DNA from: a virus | Lineage: Duplodnaviria > Caudoviricetes | Strand: one strand, 5' to 3' | Length of the DNA stretch: 64,000 bases | IMG/VR virus record: IMGVR_UViG_3300025018_000093 | In this document: positions 28,187 to 37,902 of the stretch, piece after piece | Numbering within the stretch: position 1 is the first letter of the stretch | How the letters are laid out: the number at the start of each line of letters is the position of its first letter | The notes under the pieces: generated by a model | What the model was told of the DNA's origin: nothing | Database searches by the model: none | The model's input: the letters and a program-made list of their open reading frames with translations, nothing else | Program-made: the position numbers and the translations under genes

Positions 28187-31100
28187 ATGGCCAATTTTCC
28201 TGGGCAAATCTACGCACCCCCGGGCGTCTACACGAAGACCCTGTTCGACAACCCCCTTGCAGGTGCTCTCAGCAATGTGAAGATCCCTGTCGTCATTGGA
28301 ACGGGCAACGAGATCCTGTTCCAGGAGGACTTGGAGGTTGTTCGCGGTTCCTCCTCTACGGTGGACCAACAGGTTCCCCAAGAGGACATGGACGGTCGTG
28401 CCGTCGTTCAGATTACCTCCACGGGTCAGATTGTCCTCGGCAATTTCGACGGTGTCCTGAACCGCGTGCAGGTGCGTAACTTCCCCATCGTTCGTGGGGA
28501 TGGTACGGGGACCACGACGAACGAGCGCAATGCTGTGTCCGTGACGATCAACGGTGAGCCCACCGTTGTGCTGACGCTGGACGGGGCGCGGGGTATCGTG
28601 ACACTGGCGCAGGAGCCGCAGGACGGCGACATCGTGCGGATCACGTACTATTTCAACCGCACAGACACCCTGGTCACCGACAACCTGTCAGACCAGATTA
28701 CCTCCGAAGCTGGTGTGCTCCGAGGTGAAATCAGTCTGGACGTTGCGGGTGGCGAAACCTATGACATTGTGACTGGGGTCAACAATGTGTTGTCCCTCAC
28801 GGTGGACCGGGAGAGTGCGACTAACATTACGCTCCCAGCGGGTAGCTTCACCCCAGCGCAGGTGGTGTCGTTCATCAATGGGCAGCCCACAGGCACCCTG
28901 GTGGCGTCCAGCTACGTGGACAACAACGGAAGAACAGCCATCGCTCTGACGGCGCAGTATGACATCCTGATGGGGGATGGAACCGCGAATGCCCTTCTGG
29001 GGTTCACCACTGGTGCTTCCACCTCTCGCAATCGCGTGTTCTACACCTTCCAGGGTCCCATCGTGACTGGCAATAACGGTGGTGTCACCACAACTTCCGT
29101 GACGGATCTCACGGTGAGCGTGGACAACACCCCGGTCGTCCCGACAGCTGTGGATGGTGGGAATCGTGCGGTCACGCTCCCCTTTGCCCCGAAAGCAGGT
29201 AGCGTAGTCAAGATCACGTACTACTTTAACACCTGGCAGAACACGTTTGACTATCTGGCCAACATCGCAGTGACAGACGTCTTGCGCATGGGTATCACGC
29301 CAGGTCGCAACGACTACATCGAGGGTGTGGACTTTGTGCTCAAGGATGACCTCATCGTATGGGGTACCGCATCGATCATCAGCTCCGGGGAAACGACCTC
29401 GGGGTACACAGCTTTTGGTAGCAATCAGGTGTCGACCACACTGGTGGACAACAAAGCATACCTGGAAGTCTGTGAACCAGTGGTCAACACCAGCGTGGTT
29501 CCCGCAGTAGATAGCCGCAAGACGTTCCGTCTTCCTTTCGTGCCTACGACAGGAAATGGACGCAACACACTCCTGGGGCAGAGTCTCTACAGCTCTATCA
29601 GCAACAATCGCATTGATCTTCCCACCAACCGTCCTGACTTGGTGACAGCGTACTGGGGATTCAGCCTACAGGATGCTCTGGACCGAGGTCCGGTCACGGT
29701 GGTCAAGGTGGATTCCGCGACGGCAGAGATCACGCTCAAGAGCCCGGTGGAGCCCGGCGCTTCGGTGTGGGCTTCCTTCTACTACAACATCTTGGCAGAC
29801 AACGTGTACACGTTGACAACTGTTGTCCCTGGGAGCGCGGGCATCGGCACGTACAGTGTCACGGACAAGGATGGGAACAACCTGTTCAACACGAACTTTG
29901 GTACGAAGTCTGCGGGTCTCCTTGGGATCACAGTCGCCTTCCCGAGTGGGTCCGAGACGTTGCCGGATTCCCATTTCGAGGGGGACGTCCAGGGAAGCAC
30001 TGTCTTCCAGGGTCCTGTGGAAGAGGTGGCCACGGTTACTTTTGCGACCACGCAGGACACCCCCGCCAAGCATGTGATCACGGGCTCCAGCCCCTACTAC
30101 CCCATCTTGGGTGCTTCGGATCAAGCTCGTATCGTGATCGACGGGTACGACCTGGCAACAGGCGCAGCGGGTTTGGATGTGAGCTACCCCACGGGCCTGG
30201 GCGTTGGTTTCTTCGCCAGTCTCATTGGAGATGAGGTGGTCTATGATGCCTCCACGGGTGGTTTGACCTACACGCTGGATGCTACCAACAACGAGGTGAG
30301 TCTCTCCGTTGATGGGATACTGGTGTCTGCAGCTGCGTCAACGGGTTCTGCGAAGACGCTGGCGGACTTCGTCACGGCGCTCAATGCGGCTGCTTTGACG
30401 GAGGCTCCCTCGTACACAGGCATCACCAAGTTCACTTCCCCCTTCGCTGTGACGGCTACCGAGTACGACCAGTTGGTCCTCCACTACACGGGAAAGACCA
30501 CGACTGGTTCCGGCAACCAGACCATCACACTGACTCCGGGGTCTTACAACAGCGTCACGGCGCTGGTAGCGGACATCAACACGCAGCTCGCCAGTATCAA
30601 CGGAGTTGCGGGCCTGAACGGCACCGTGACTTGCGTAGCCAATGCGGCGGGACAGTTGGTCTTCTCCTTGGAGCTGTTCCCCTACACCACGGCAACAGGG
30701 TCCGTCCTGGTTGGGTCGGTCATCCCCACAGACACGCTCACCATTGGTGGCGTTCTTCTCACGGCAGTCTCTGGTGCTATCGCTGCCAATCAGTTTGACG
30801 TCTCCTCGGGCGTTCCCGCGACCATCGCGGCGAACATTGCGGATGCTATTAACTTGGTTGGGAATGGGCTGACTGGGATCGTGGAGGCGGAAGCTGTTGG
30901 GACCACGGTGAACCTCACAGCCGTTGCAGCCGGTGCTGCTGGAAATGCGGTCACAGTGGTTGCAAGTGGTGGGACGATGACGCCTTCGGGTGGCACCCTC
31001 ACGGGTGGTGTCACTGGGGACGACGCGGGATTCCTGGAGTTCATCACAGGAGCTGCTGGACGGGACTTCGCCGTCTTGGCCGGTATCGACACAGCAGCTG

Positions 31101-33463
31101 CCACTGCAGGCACCCAGACCAAGCTCTACCAGGGTCCGATTGCTCGCCGCTACACGGTGGGTTCCGGTGCGCTGAACCATGATCGTCTCATCTTCCGCAA
31201 TCGTTTGCTGCCGGGTTCCGGTTCTCTGTCTCCGCAGCATGCGGTGGCGCAATCCGGTTTGACCATTCAGGGGAGTTCCGGGACCCTGGAGACAGGTCTA
31301 GCTATCGGCCAGACAGGAGAGGCAGGGTTCACCGCAACGGTGCGCCCTGCAAGCCTTGCTGGGCATATTGGCTTCGTCGGGGGTCAGGCTACGGGCTACG
31401 GCGATGATCGCGACAGCATGCCAGCGGTGGTCTTCTATGATGGCACTGGGACAACCGCTCAGAACAACGTGTTCAAGTTCACGTTGGATGGCGTCCCTGT
31501 GACGGTGGTCTTTGCGGCCAGCGCTTCGGGTACAGCAACTCCTCTGGGCACGGGGGCCTTCACGGGTGACCTTCTGAAGCAGATCGGTGACGCGATGGCA
31601 ACGGCTGGGTTTGGTTCGACAGCTGCAGCCGTCATCTCAGCCGGGTTGCTTCGTCTGGAAGGTGCTGGACTTCGCCTCACGAGCAATCGGATGGACCAGT
31701 TCAGCTCTTTGGAGATTGGCTCCGGTAGCGCCAACAGCGTCTTGGGGTTCCTAGACGGCCAGAGTGACCAGCGCGATGCGGTCTCCGTGCAGAAGCTGTC
31801 CGCAGCTCTGATGAGCCAGCACTGCTCTGCGGGTGCTTTCGTCACCACCTACATGTTGAACTTCGCTACCCCGGCCTCCAACTACTTCGCAGCGGAAGCC
31901 CTTGCCCTGGTGGCAACGGATACTTTGGGTGGTGAGTATCTCATGATCCAGAGCCAGATGGTGGGCGTGGGTTCCAGTGTCATCTGGAGTACCTCCTTCT
32001 CCGCTGACATCTTGGCCATCGGTACGGGTCTCCTCATCACGTCGGGCTCTGGGGCAGTGGGTGAGGCTGGTATTGCTGGGTTCTACGTTCTGTCGTCTGA
32101 CCCTGCAGATGGCTCGGGTACGGCTAACACCTCGGTGTTCAACTCAGGTACGGGTCAAGATGGCGTGGTGGGCCAGACGTATCGTGACGACGTCACGGGT
32201 CTGACTTTCACGATCTTGGAGCGTGAGGGTGGGTTCTCCTATCCTGCGGGTGAGTCTTTCACCTTCCGGGTCGGACGAACGTTCACCACGAATGCCAACA
32301 TCCCGACCAAGGCCATTGGCGGCGTGGAGATGCTCGTCACCAACACTGCTGGTGTGGGTGAAGGGGACACGGCAACAGTTGCCACCTATGAGCGTGGGGG
32401 AAGCGAGCCCGCCGTGGGTGATCTCTACAACGTCACTTACGCCTACCGGAAGCAGGACTTCTCGACGCAGCTCTACACTCGGCTCAACTCCATCGAGACG
32501 AACTATGGGTCTCGCAATCCGAACAACCCTGTCAGTTTGGCTTCCTACCTGCTGCTCATCAACGGTGGTGTGGTCGTGGCCATCAAGCAGGTTGCGAAGG
32601 ACGAGGGCAGTGAGTTTGCTTCTGTCTCGAAGTATGTGACCGCACTGGACGAGCTGATCAAGCCTTTGTCCGGAGGTCTCCGCCCGGATGTTCTGGTTCC
32701 CCTGGAGGGAAGTTCTCTGGAGTACTTCCGTCTCCTGGGTATCCACTGCGACATCCAGTCCAGCATCCGTTACCGGCAAGAGCGGACTGCAATACTGGGT
32801 CTGACTCCTTCCGTCACCCCGACACGGGCTGGGTCTATCGCGCAGTCCTTGACCAACGCTCGCTTGCGCATGGTCTACCCTGACAGTGCTCTGCTGTCTT
32901 TGACCAACGAACTCAACCAGACAGAGCAGTACCTGGTGGAAGGCTTCTACTTGGCGGCTGCTTTGGCGGGATCGGTGACAAGTCCCAACCTTGACGTGGC
33001 CACTCCGTGGACCAATCGCGTGCTCTTTGGGTTTGATGGTCTGGGCCGCATCCTCGACATCGTGGAGATGAACGAGGTTGCGGTGCAGGGTGTCACCGTC
33101 ATCGAGGAGAAGTCCCCGAACCTCAAGGTTCGGCACGGCTTGACCACGAATGTCTCGAACGTCCTGACAAGGACTCCGACCATTCAGTTGATCGCAGACG
33201 AAGTGCAGCAGCGTTCTCGCGCCGTCCTTGACCGTTTCATCGGCGTGAAGTACCTCCCCGGAATTCTCACCGAGATCGAGGGTACGCTCGCTGCGATGCT
33301 CAGTGATCTGGTGCGGCAGCAGATCCTGGCAGCCTTCACAGGCGTTCGCGCCAACGTGACGGCGGATCCCACGATGGCTGAGGTAGAAGCCTTCTACCAG
33401 CCCATTTTTCCACTTTTATATTTGATTTTGACATTCAACCTGCGCTCGCAGCTCGATGCATAG
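28187..33463 (+). CDS. Contractile tail sheath protein, unusually large (1758 aa)
   Basis: N-terminal PPGVYT, and a C-terminal sheath domain (QERTAILG...LAAALAG...VRHGLTT...EVEAFYQPIFPLLYL). Lies upstream of the tube gene. Confidence 0.9.
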   Translation: MANFPGQIYAPPGVYTKTLFDNPLAGALSNVKIPVVIGTGNEILFQEDLEVVRGSSSTVDQQVPQEDMDGRAVVQITSTGQIVLGNFDGVLNRVQVRNFPIVRGDGTGTTTNERNAVSVTINGEPTVVLTLDGARGIVTLAQEPQDGDIVRITYYFNRTDTLVTDNLSDQITSEAGVLRGEISLDVAGGETYDIVTGVNNVLSLTVDRESATNITLPAGSFTPAQVVSFINGQPTGTLVASSYVDNNGRTAIALTAQYDILMGDGTANALLGFTTGASTSRNRVFYTFQGPIVTGNNGGVTTTSVTDLTVSVDNTPVVPTAVDGGNRAVTLPFAPKAGSVVKITYYFNTWQNTFDYLANIAVTDVLRMGITPGRNDYIEGVDFVLKDDLIVWGTASIISSGETTSGYTAFGSNQVSTTLVDNKAYLEVCEPVVNTSVVPAVDSRKTFRLPFVPTTGNGRNTLLGQSLYSSISNNRIDLPTNRPDLVTAYWGFSLQDALDRGPVTVVKVDSATAEITLKSPVEPGASVWASFYYNILADNVYTLTTVVPGSAGIGTYSVTDKDGNNLFNTNFGTKSAGLLGITVAFPSGSETLPDSHFEGDVQGSTVFQGPVEEVATVTFATTQDTPAKHVITGSSPYYPILGASDQARIVIDGYDLATGAAGLDVSYPTGLGVGFFASLIGDEVVYDASTGGLTYTLDATNNEVSLSVDGILVSAAASTGSAKTLADFVTALNAAALTEAPSYTGITKFTSPFAVTATEYDQLVLHYTGKTTTGSGNQTITLTPGSYNSVTALVADINTQLASINGVAGLNGTVTCVANAAGQLVFSLELFPYTTATGSVLVGSVIPTDTLTIGGVLLTAVSGAIAANQFDVSSGVPATIAANIADAINLVGNGLTGIVEAEAVGTTVNLTAVAAGAAGNAVTVVASGGTMTPSGGTLTGGVTGDDAGFLEFITGAAGRDFAVLAGIDTAAATAGTQTKLYQGPIARRYTVGSGALNHDRLIFRNRLLPGSGSLSPQHAVAQSGLTIQGSSGTLETGLAIGQTGEAGFTATVRPASLAGHIGFVGGQATGYGDDRDSMPAVVFYDGTGTTAQNNVFKFTLDGVPVTVVFAASASGTATPLGTGAFTGDLLKQIGDAMATAGFGSTAAAVISAGLLRLEGAGLRLTSNRMDQFSSLEIGSGSANSVLGFLDGQSDQRDAVSVQKLSAALMSQHCSAGAFVTTYMLNFATPASNYFAAEALALVATDTLGGEYLMIQSQMVGVGSSVIWSTSFSADILAIGTGLLITSGSGAVGEAGIAGFYVLSSDPADGSGTANTSVFNSGTGQDGVVGQTYRDDVTGLTFTILEREGGFSYPAGESFTFRVGRTFTTNANIPTKAIGGVEMLVTNTAGVGEGDTATVATYERGGSEPAVGDLYNVTYAYRKQDFSTQLYTRLNSIETNYGSRNPNNPVSLASYLLLINGGVVVAIKQVAKDEGSEFASVSKYVTALDELIKPLSGGLRPDVLVPLEGSSLEYFRLLGIHCDIQSSIRYRQERTAILGLTPSVTPTRAGSIAQSLTNARLRMVYPDSALLSLTNELNQTEQYLVEGFYLAAALAGSVTSPNLDVATPWTNRVLFGFDGLGRILDIVEMNEVAVQGVTVIEEKSPNLKVRHGLTTNVSNVLTRTPTIQLIADEVQQRSRAVLDRFIGVKYLPGILTEIEGTLAAMLSDLVRQQILAAFTGVRANVTADPTMAEVEAFYQPIFPLLYLILTFNLRSQLDA

Positions 33464-33513
33464 TGCGGGTGCGGACGGTTTGTCCGGTCGAGACAAGCCC
33501 CTAACATTAGAAC

Positions 33514-33542
33514 TTGACTCGACTAACCGAAGGTCCTAGAAT
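33514..33542 (+). promoter_or_regulatory. Sigma70-type promoter TTGACT-N17-TAGAAT
   Basis: Near-consensus hexamers with 17-bp spacing, upstream of ORF 33581. Confidence 0.75.
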
Positions 33543-33577
33543 CCCTCCTTGGAGCTTAACTCCGGGGAGGGATTTTT
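33543..33577 (+). terminator. Hairpin with U-tract that sequesters the SD of ORF 33581
   Basis: ccctccttggag-cttaa-ctccggggaggg (12-bp stem with two GU pairs), followed by atttttc. Confidence 0.7.
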
Positions 33578-33580
33578 CGT

Positions 33581-34554
33581 ATGGGCACTTCAATAACAGA
33601 AGTCGAAGCCACGTTCCACACTGATATCCCGATGAAAGCCTACGCGGCCAGTATCGGGATATCTCCGAACACCCTGCGACGCATTTGGAAAGAGGCTCAC
33701 GGAGAAGAGGCGTACCGAGAGAGGGGTCGTAAGCTCCAAGCGGAAGCTGCTTCCCGAGTGGCCAAGAGTACCGCAACGTCACGCAGCTACCGTACTGTCC
33801 TGGTACCCTGCACTAGTTGTGGAGTCGAGGTTGGATTGAGCACCCGCCAGACATCCCAGATGGATGTGGGTAACTTTCAATGCGACCCCTGCCAGGGGAA
33901 GACCACCCCGTGCCCTGTTTGCGGGGTGCTTGTGGATGGTTCACGGGGACTCAGTTCCCACCTGCGGCACTCTCGGGAGAGAGGGGATGCTCTCCACATC
34001 GCTTACCGGGGGTCTCTGGAAGACGCCAAGTGGGCTGGTAAGGTTGAAGGTGCGGACTACGTGAAGTGTCTGGAGTGTGGGTATCGTGCTTCGACGCTAG
34101 CGCGGCATTTGAAGGCGGCGCATGGCATTACAGCCAATGGGTATCGTTCTCGATATGGAGATAATTCGTTGATCCGGTGTGGCACTCTGACAGAGAAGCG
34201 GTCCCAAGCTCAGGCAGAGAGTCATACGCAGAGAGGGAGTGGCAAGGAGAGCGGAAGGTGATTCCCTGTTCTCGATGCCATTTCTTGTGCGATGTTTCCA
34301 AGTTTGTCCCCGAGGATACCTTCGTCTGCGAGGTTTGCCAGCACAAGGAGCAAGAGGCACAGTGGGCTTCCATGTTGGAGCCCGAGGACTATGTGTCCTG
34401 TCTGGTACCTGGGTGTAACTACCGCGCAGAGAGTCTAGTGTCGCACATTCAGAACACCCACCCGGGACTTGTGGGGCGCTATCTGGAAGCGTACCCCGAG
34501 GGGCATATCTGTTCTCTAGGGTGTGACCTTCGCTCGGACAGAGTTCGAGCTTGA
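33581..34554 (+). pseudogene. Frameshifted, truncated multi-zinc-finger (C2H2 and Ros/MucR-like) gene, probable homing-endonuclease remnant
   Basis: The unit DYVKCLECGYRASTLARHL recurs as DYVSCLVPGCNYRAESLVSHI in the -1 frame after about 34246, and the frame ends next to the IS remnant. Confidence 0.65.
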
Positions 34555-34607
34555 GAACGGTACGGTATTGCCAATACAGCCTCCTCTTGAAGAGGACCTT
34601 TCCCCTG

Positions 34608-34781
34608 ATGAGTTCCAAGCCCACTACGACCGAGCTTCTGCGCTTATCCGTAGCTTCCAAGTTACTGGGAGTGACCACGACAACACTCAGGACGTGGGAC
34701 CGAAACGGGACGTTGAAAACCATCACCACAGTGCGTAATCAGATCGTGCTTGATTGTCAGTGTTACACGACGTTCGTGTAG
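34608..34781 (+). mobile_element. IS607-type TnpA N-terminal (MerR-like HTH) remnant
   Basis: MSSKPTTTELLRLSVASKLLGVTTTTLRTWDRNGTLKTITT. No serine-recombinase catalytic domain or TnpB follows. Confidence 0.6.
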
Positions 34782-35078
34782 GGTCGAGCGTGGATCGACT
34801 TGGTTGGCTTGACTCCACGTAAACGCATAGCAATCCCCCTGAGTACCAACAGGATGCCGACGGGTACCCTTCGTTTGATCCTGAAAGACGGGCAAGTTGA
34901 CGTACATCACACGGTTGGTCTTTGGACACCTCACAAAGAGGTGAGATCCATCTTGCAAAAGAGAACCGAACTACGGTTGGGACTGCTCAACCAAGACTCC
35001 AGTTGTTCTCCTCAGGAGTGTCAACGGAGAGCGAAATGCTTATAACTTTTTATAAGTTAGAGGAACCAGGGTCAAGGG

Positions 35079-37274
35079 ATGGAAGGTACCGAGAGAAAAG
35101 TTTACGTCGCAGCCACAGAAGAGCAATGGAAAGAGAGCCTTCGTGCCTGGAAGGTGTGCTTGGTGGACTTTGAAGTGTCTGGCAAGTCTCTTCTGATGTG
35201 TACCGTGCCCTTGAAGCACGGTCTGAGCTTGGTGGCTTACGATGTGAATGGGAGAGTGTTCGTAGCAGCAGTTGGAGCAGAGTACTGCTATCACAACTGG
35301 ACAGGAAAGCGGGAGGAGGTTTCTCCTTTTATCCAGGTGGAAGTCTTGGGGGAGGCGGAGCATCGCCGTGCTGTGCGGGAGGTGCCCAAGCATTACAATC
35401 GTTGGGAAGAGCTGGAGCGGGAAAGGAAAATGAAGACTGCTCCCCTCTTGGAAAGTTATGGGGATCCTTGGTATCCCCGAGGGGACTCCGATCCAAGCAA
35501 CCGTCACGTCTTTCCTTGGATTTACATCCCGTTGCGGATCTCTCTGGAAGACGGGGTGTCCGTGGAGACCACCCTTTCGTTCAAGTGGCCGACGTGCGGG
35601 AGAGTTTTGTTTCCGAAAGACAGTGTCTGGCCTTTCAATCTTGAGACTGAGTTGGATTGCTATGGTCTGCTTCTGCGCCGCACGCGAAAGGTTCAAAGTT
35701 GGAAGCAATTCAAGAGTGTCCTGCAGGAATGTGAAGTTGACAATGAGACTCTTTGGACGTGGTACTTGGGTCAGCAGCCAACTTCTGGGAAGACGTTGGC
35801 GGAGGTAGACCAGAAAGGGACAAAGGCTCTGGAGAGAGACAAGACTATCAAGCCTCATCTGGACAGACTCGCCAAAGAGGAACCTCTTCTCTTCGACTTC
35901 TACCTGTGGTTGCACGACTCCAAGACACTTGCGGGGGCGATCAACAATCGGTGTATTGCTGCGATGCTTCGAGAACATGGCAGCTCATATGAGAAGCTCA
36001 GGAGTGCGCTAAGGGAGACGATGGGTAAGGTGGAGGAATCCGGGGAGGTCCCAAATGCGTGGTCAACCCCAAGTTTGGATTCTCGCCCCATGTGCCTCCT
36101 TCTCCCTGGTGCTGTGGAGGCTGTGCAGAAGCAGGAAGCTCAGCGAAAGTGGTACCTTCAGGCGTCGAATCAGAAGCAGGCTGAGGCTCTGGGTGTGGAC
36201 CCCAAGAGACACTCTCGACTGCACAAGGCCATCCGGGAGGGTCATATTCCGATGACTCTGTTCCACGAACCGGGAGCGCAGATGACGCTAGTCAACGTGG
36301 AGTTCGATCTTTGGGAAAATTGCCTCCAGCGTCCGGGTTGGGAATCCATCCTCCTCAGCATTGCTGCGGATGCGTCCAAGCGGACCACCTACAGTCATCT
36401 GGTTACCAGCTACTTGTCCTTTCTCTTCCAGATTGAGAAGTATCTCGACCGGCACACAGAGGGGCGCAAGAAGTGGAAAGCCTACCCGAAGTTTGTCGAG
36501 AGCCAGTGGGAGTTGGAGATGGAGGAAGCCACGGAGGAGGGTACGACCAAACGAAGGTCTGCCCTCACGCCTATCGTGGATAATGAAGCACGTACTGTGC
36601 AGATCCCCTACGTCTCGATGGCGGTCTACGGTCGCCGCACCACGTACTGTTATGCAGCTCGCTATGTCCTCTTCGAGGAAGGCCACAACGACAGTTACGG
36701 GAACGGGGTGGTCATCCGTGACCTAGAAGAAAAGCTCAACGGTCGGGATGACTATGGGTTGATGTATTACACCTTCACGGGCACGGATATCAATCGTGGG
36801 TACCCCACGTTCCTCATCATCTTCGAGAGAACCACTCAGCATGGTACCCGTGTGCACTTCCACCGGGTGCACCCCAATCGCTTTAAAGATGGAGTTCCCA
36901 CCCCCACCTGTCATCTCATTCCAGAGTGCTATCGCTACATGGCGGGGAACATCCGGGCGGAGGAGATATACGCTCAGCAGGGTGACTTGCTGTTTATCTC
37001 TCGCGAAGAGCCCAAGGGACCTGAGGATGCAAAGGGTGTCTTGGAATTCGAGAGCCATGCTTTCGTCCCCAAGATTGGAACCCAGGTTGTTTTGGTTGAG
37101 AACCAGGCCAAGTCCATCAAGAATCGATTGGGTCACATTTTCTCCCCCGAGGACTTCACTCTCGAACACCCAGAGCACGAGACTGTTTCCTTGCCGGCAG
37201 GGTGGTATGAAGTCCGTCGTTGTCGATCCTGGGAAGCGAACCCAACTGCGGTTTGGTCTCTCATGATCGACTAG
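35079..37274 (+). CDS. Hypothetical protein (731 aa) with C-terminal QGD...HxEH-type domain
   Basis: Long ORF. The C-terminus AQQGDLLFI...TLEHPEHETVSLPAGWYEVRR resembles a small widespread phage domain. Confidence 0.8.
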   Translation: MEGTERKVYVAATEEQWKESLRAWKVCLVDFEVSGKSLLMCTVPLKHGLSLVAYDVNGRVFVAAVGAEYCYHNWTGKREEVSPFIQVEVLGEAEHRRAVREVPKHYNRWEELERERKMKTAPLLESYGDPWYPRGDSDPSNRHVFPWIYIPLRISLEDGVSVETTLSFKWPTCGRVLFPKDSVWPFNLETELDCYGLLLRRTRKVQSWKQFKSVLQECEVDNETLWTWYLGQQPTSGKTLAEVDQKGTKALERDKTIKPHLDRLAKEEPLLFDFYLWLHDSKTLAGAINNRCIAAMLREHGSSYEKLRSALRETMGKVEESGEVPNAWSTPSLDSRPMCLLLPGAVEAVQKQEAQRKWYLQASNQKQAEALGVDPKRHSRLHKAIREGHIPMTLFHEPGAQMTLVNVEFDLWENCLQRPGWESILLSIAADASKRTTYSHLVTSYLSFLFQIEKYLDRHTEGRKKWKAYPKFVESQWELEMEEATEEGTTKRRSALTPIVDNEARTVQIPYVSMAVYGRRTTYCYAARYVLFEEGHNDSYGNGVVIRDLEEKLNGRDDYGLMYYTFTGTDINRGYPTFLIIFERTTQHGTRVHFHRVHPNRFKDGVPTPTCHLIPECYRYMAGNIRAEEIYAQQGDLLFISREEPKGPEDAKGVLEFESHAFVPKIGTQVVLVENQAKSIKNRLGHIFSPEDFTLEHPEHETVSLPAGWYEVRRCRSWEANPTAVWSLMID

Positions 37275-37276
37275 GC

Positions 37277-37305
37277 TTGACTTCCCTTCTATACCACTAT
37301 ACCCT
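37277..37305 (+). promoter_or_regulatory. Sigma70-like promoter candidate TTGACT-N17-TACCCT
   Basis: The same -35 as at 33514, with 17-bp spacing, upstream of the RHH-like gene. Confidence 0.45.
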
Positions 37306-37350
37306 TAGCTTCCAGTGGTATGTGCCACGGTATGGAATAGGGAGGTGGAG

Positions 37351-37659
37351 GTGGGAAAGAAACGAAAGAAGGACAAGATCACACTGTCTCTCCGCAATGC
37401 TTCTGTGTTGCGGAAGGTCGCTGCGTTCTCCGAGCAGACGTGCAGTGACCTTGTGGACGAGGCTTTAGATGATTGGTTCCAACGGCAAGCCGATGCGGCA
37501 TTGGACGAAACCTCTGAAGAGGAGGTGCAGGAGATGGTCACTGCTGCGCGCATTGCCAACACAATGGGCGCTCGTCGCAAGGTTGCGATTCAGGGCAACA
37601 GTGCTGTCCAGGATGCTCTGAAAGCTTCTAGGACCGCTTCACAAGACACGGAGGAGTGA
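37351..37659 (+). CDS. Ribbon-helix-helix-like DNA-binding protein
   Basis: GTG after GGAGG. KITLSL strand followed by helices (...SDLVDEALDDWF). Confidence 0.5.
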   Translation: MGKKRKKDKITLSLRNASVLRKVAAFSEQTCSDLVDEALDDWFQRQADAALDETSEEEVQEMVTAARIANTMGARRKVAIQGNSAVQDALKASRTASQDTEE

Positions 37660-37902
37660 ATGTCGAGCAAACTTCCGAATGACATCCTGGAGCCGGACAG
37701 AAGGCGTGTTGTGTACGCGCGCAGCATGTTGGAGCTGGCGTACTCCGCTCCCAGGATTGAGCGGTGGAACAATTCTGTCCCCAAGCAGAGTTCCTTTTTC
37801 ACGCCTATGCGGGATCTTCTGGAACCGGATGCGGGGTATAGTGTGGTCGTGGGGAAGGTGAATGAAACTAGAACCCGGAGGATACTATGTTCCAGAACGT
37901 GA
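37660..37902 (+). CDS. Hypothetical protein (80 aa)
   Basis: ATG after GGAGGAG, abutting the upstream stop. Confidence 0.55.
   Translation: MSSKLPNDILEPDRRRVVYARSMLELAYSAPRIERWNNSVPKQSSFFTPMRDLLEPDAGYSVVVGKVNETRTRRILCSRT

Noticed and set aside
34662-34958. Minus-strand 98-aa ORF in the accessory island
   Set aside because: Weak start context and no recognisable motif. It cannot be distinguished from a chance ORF.
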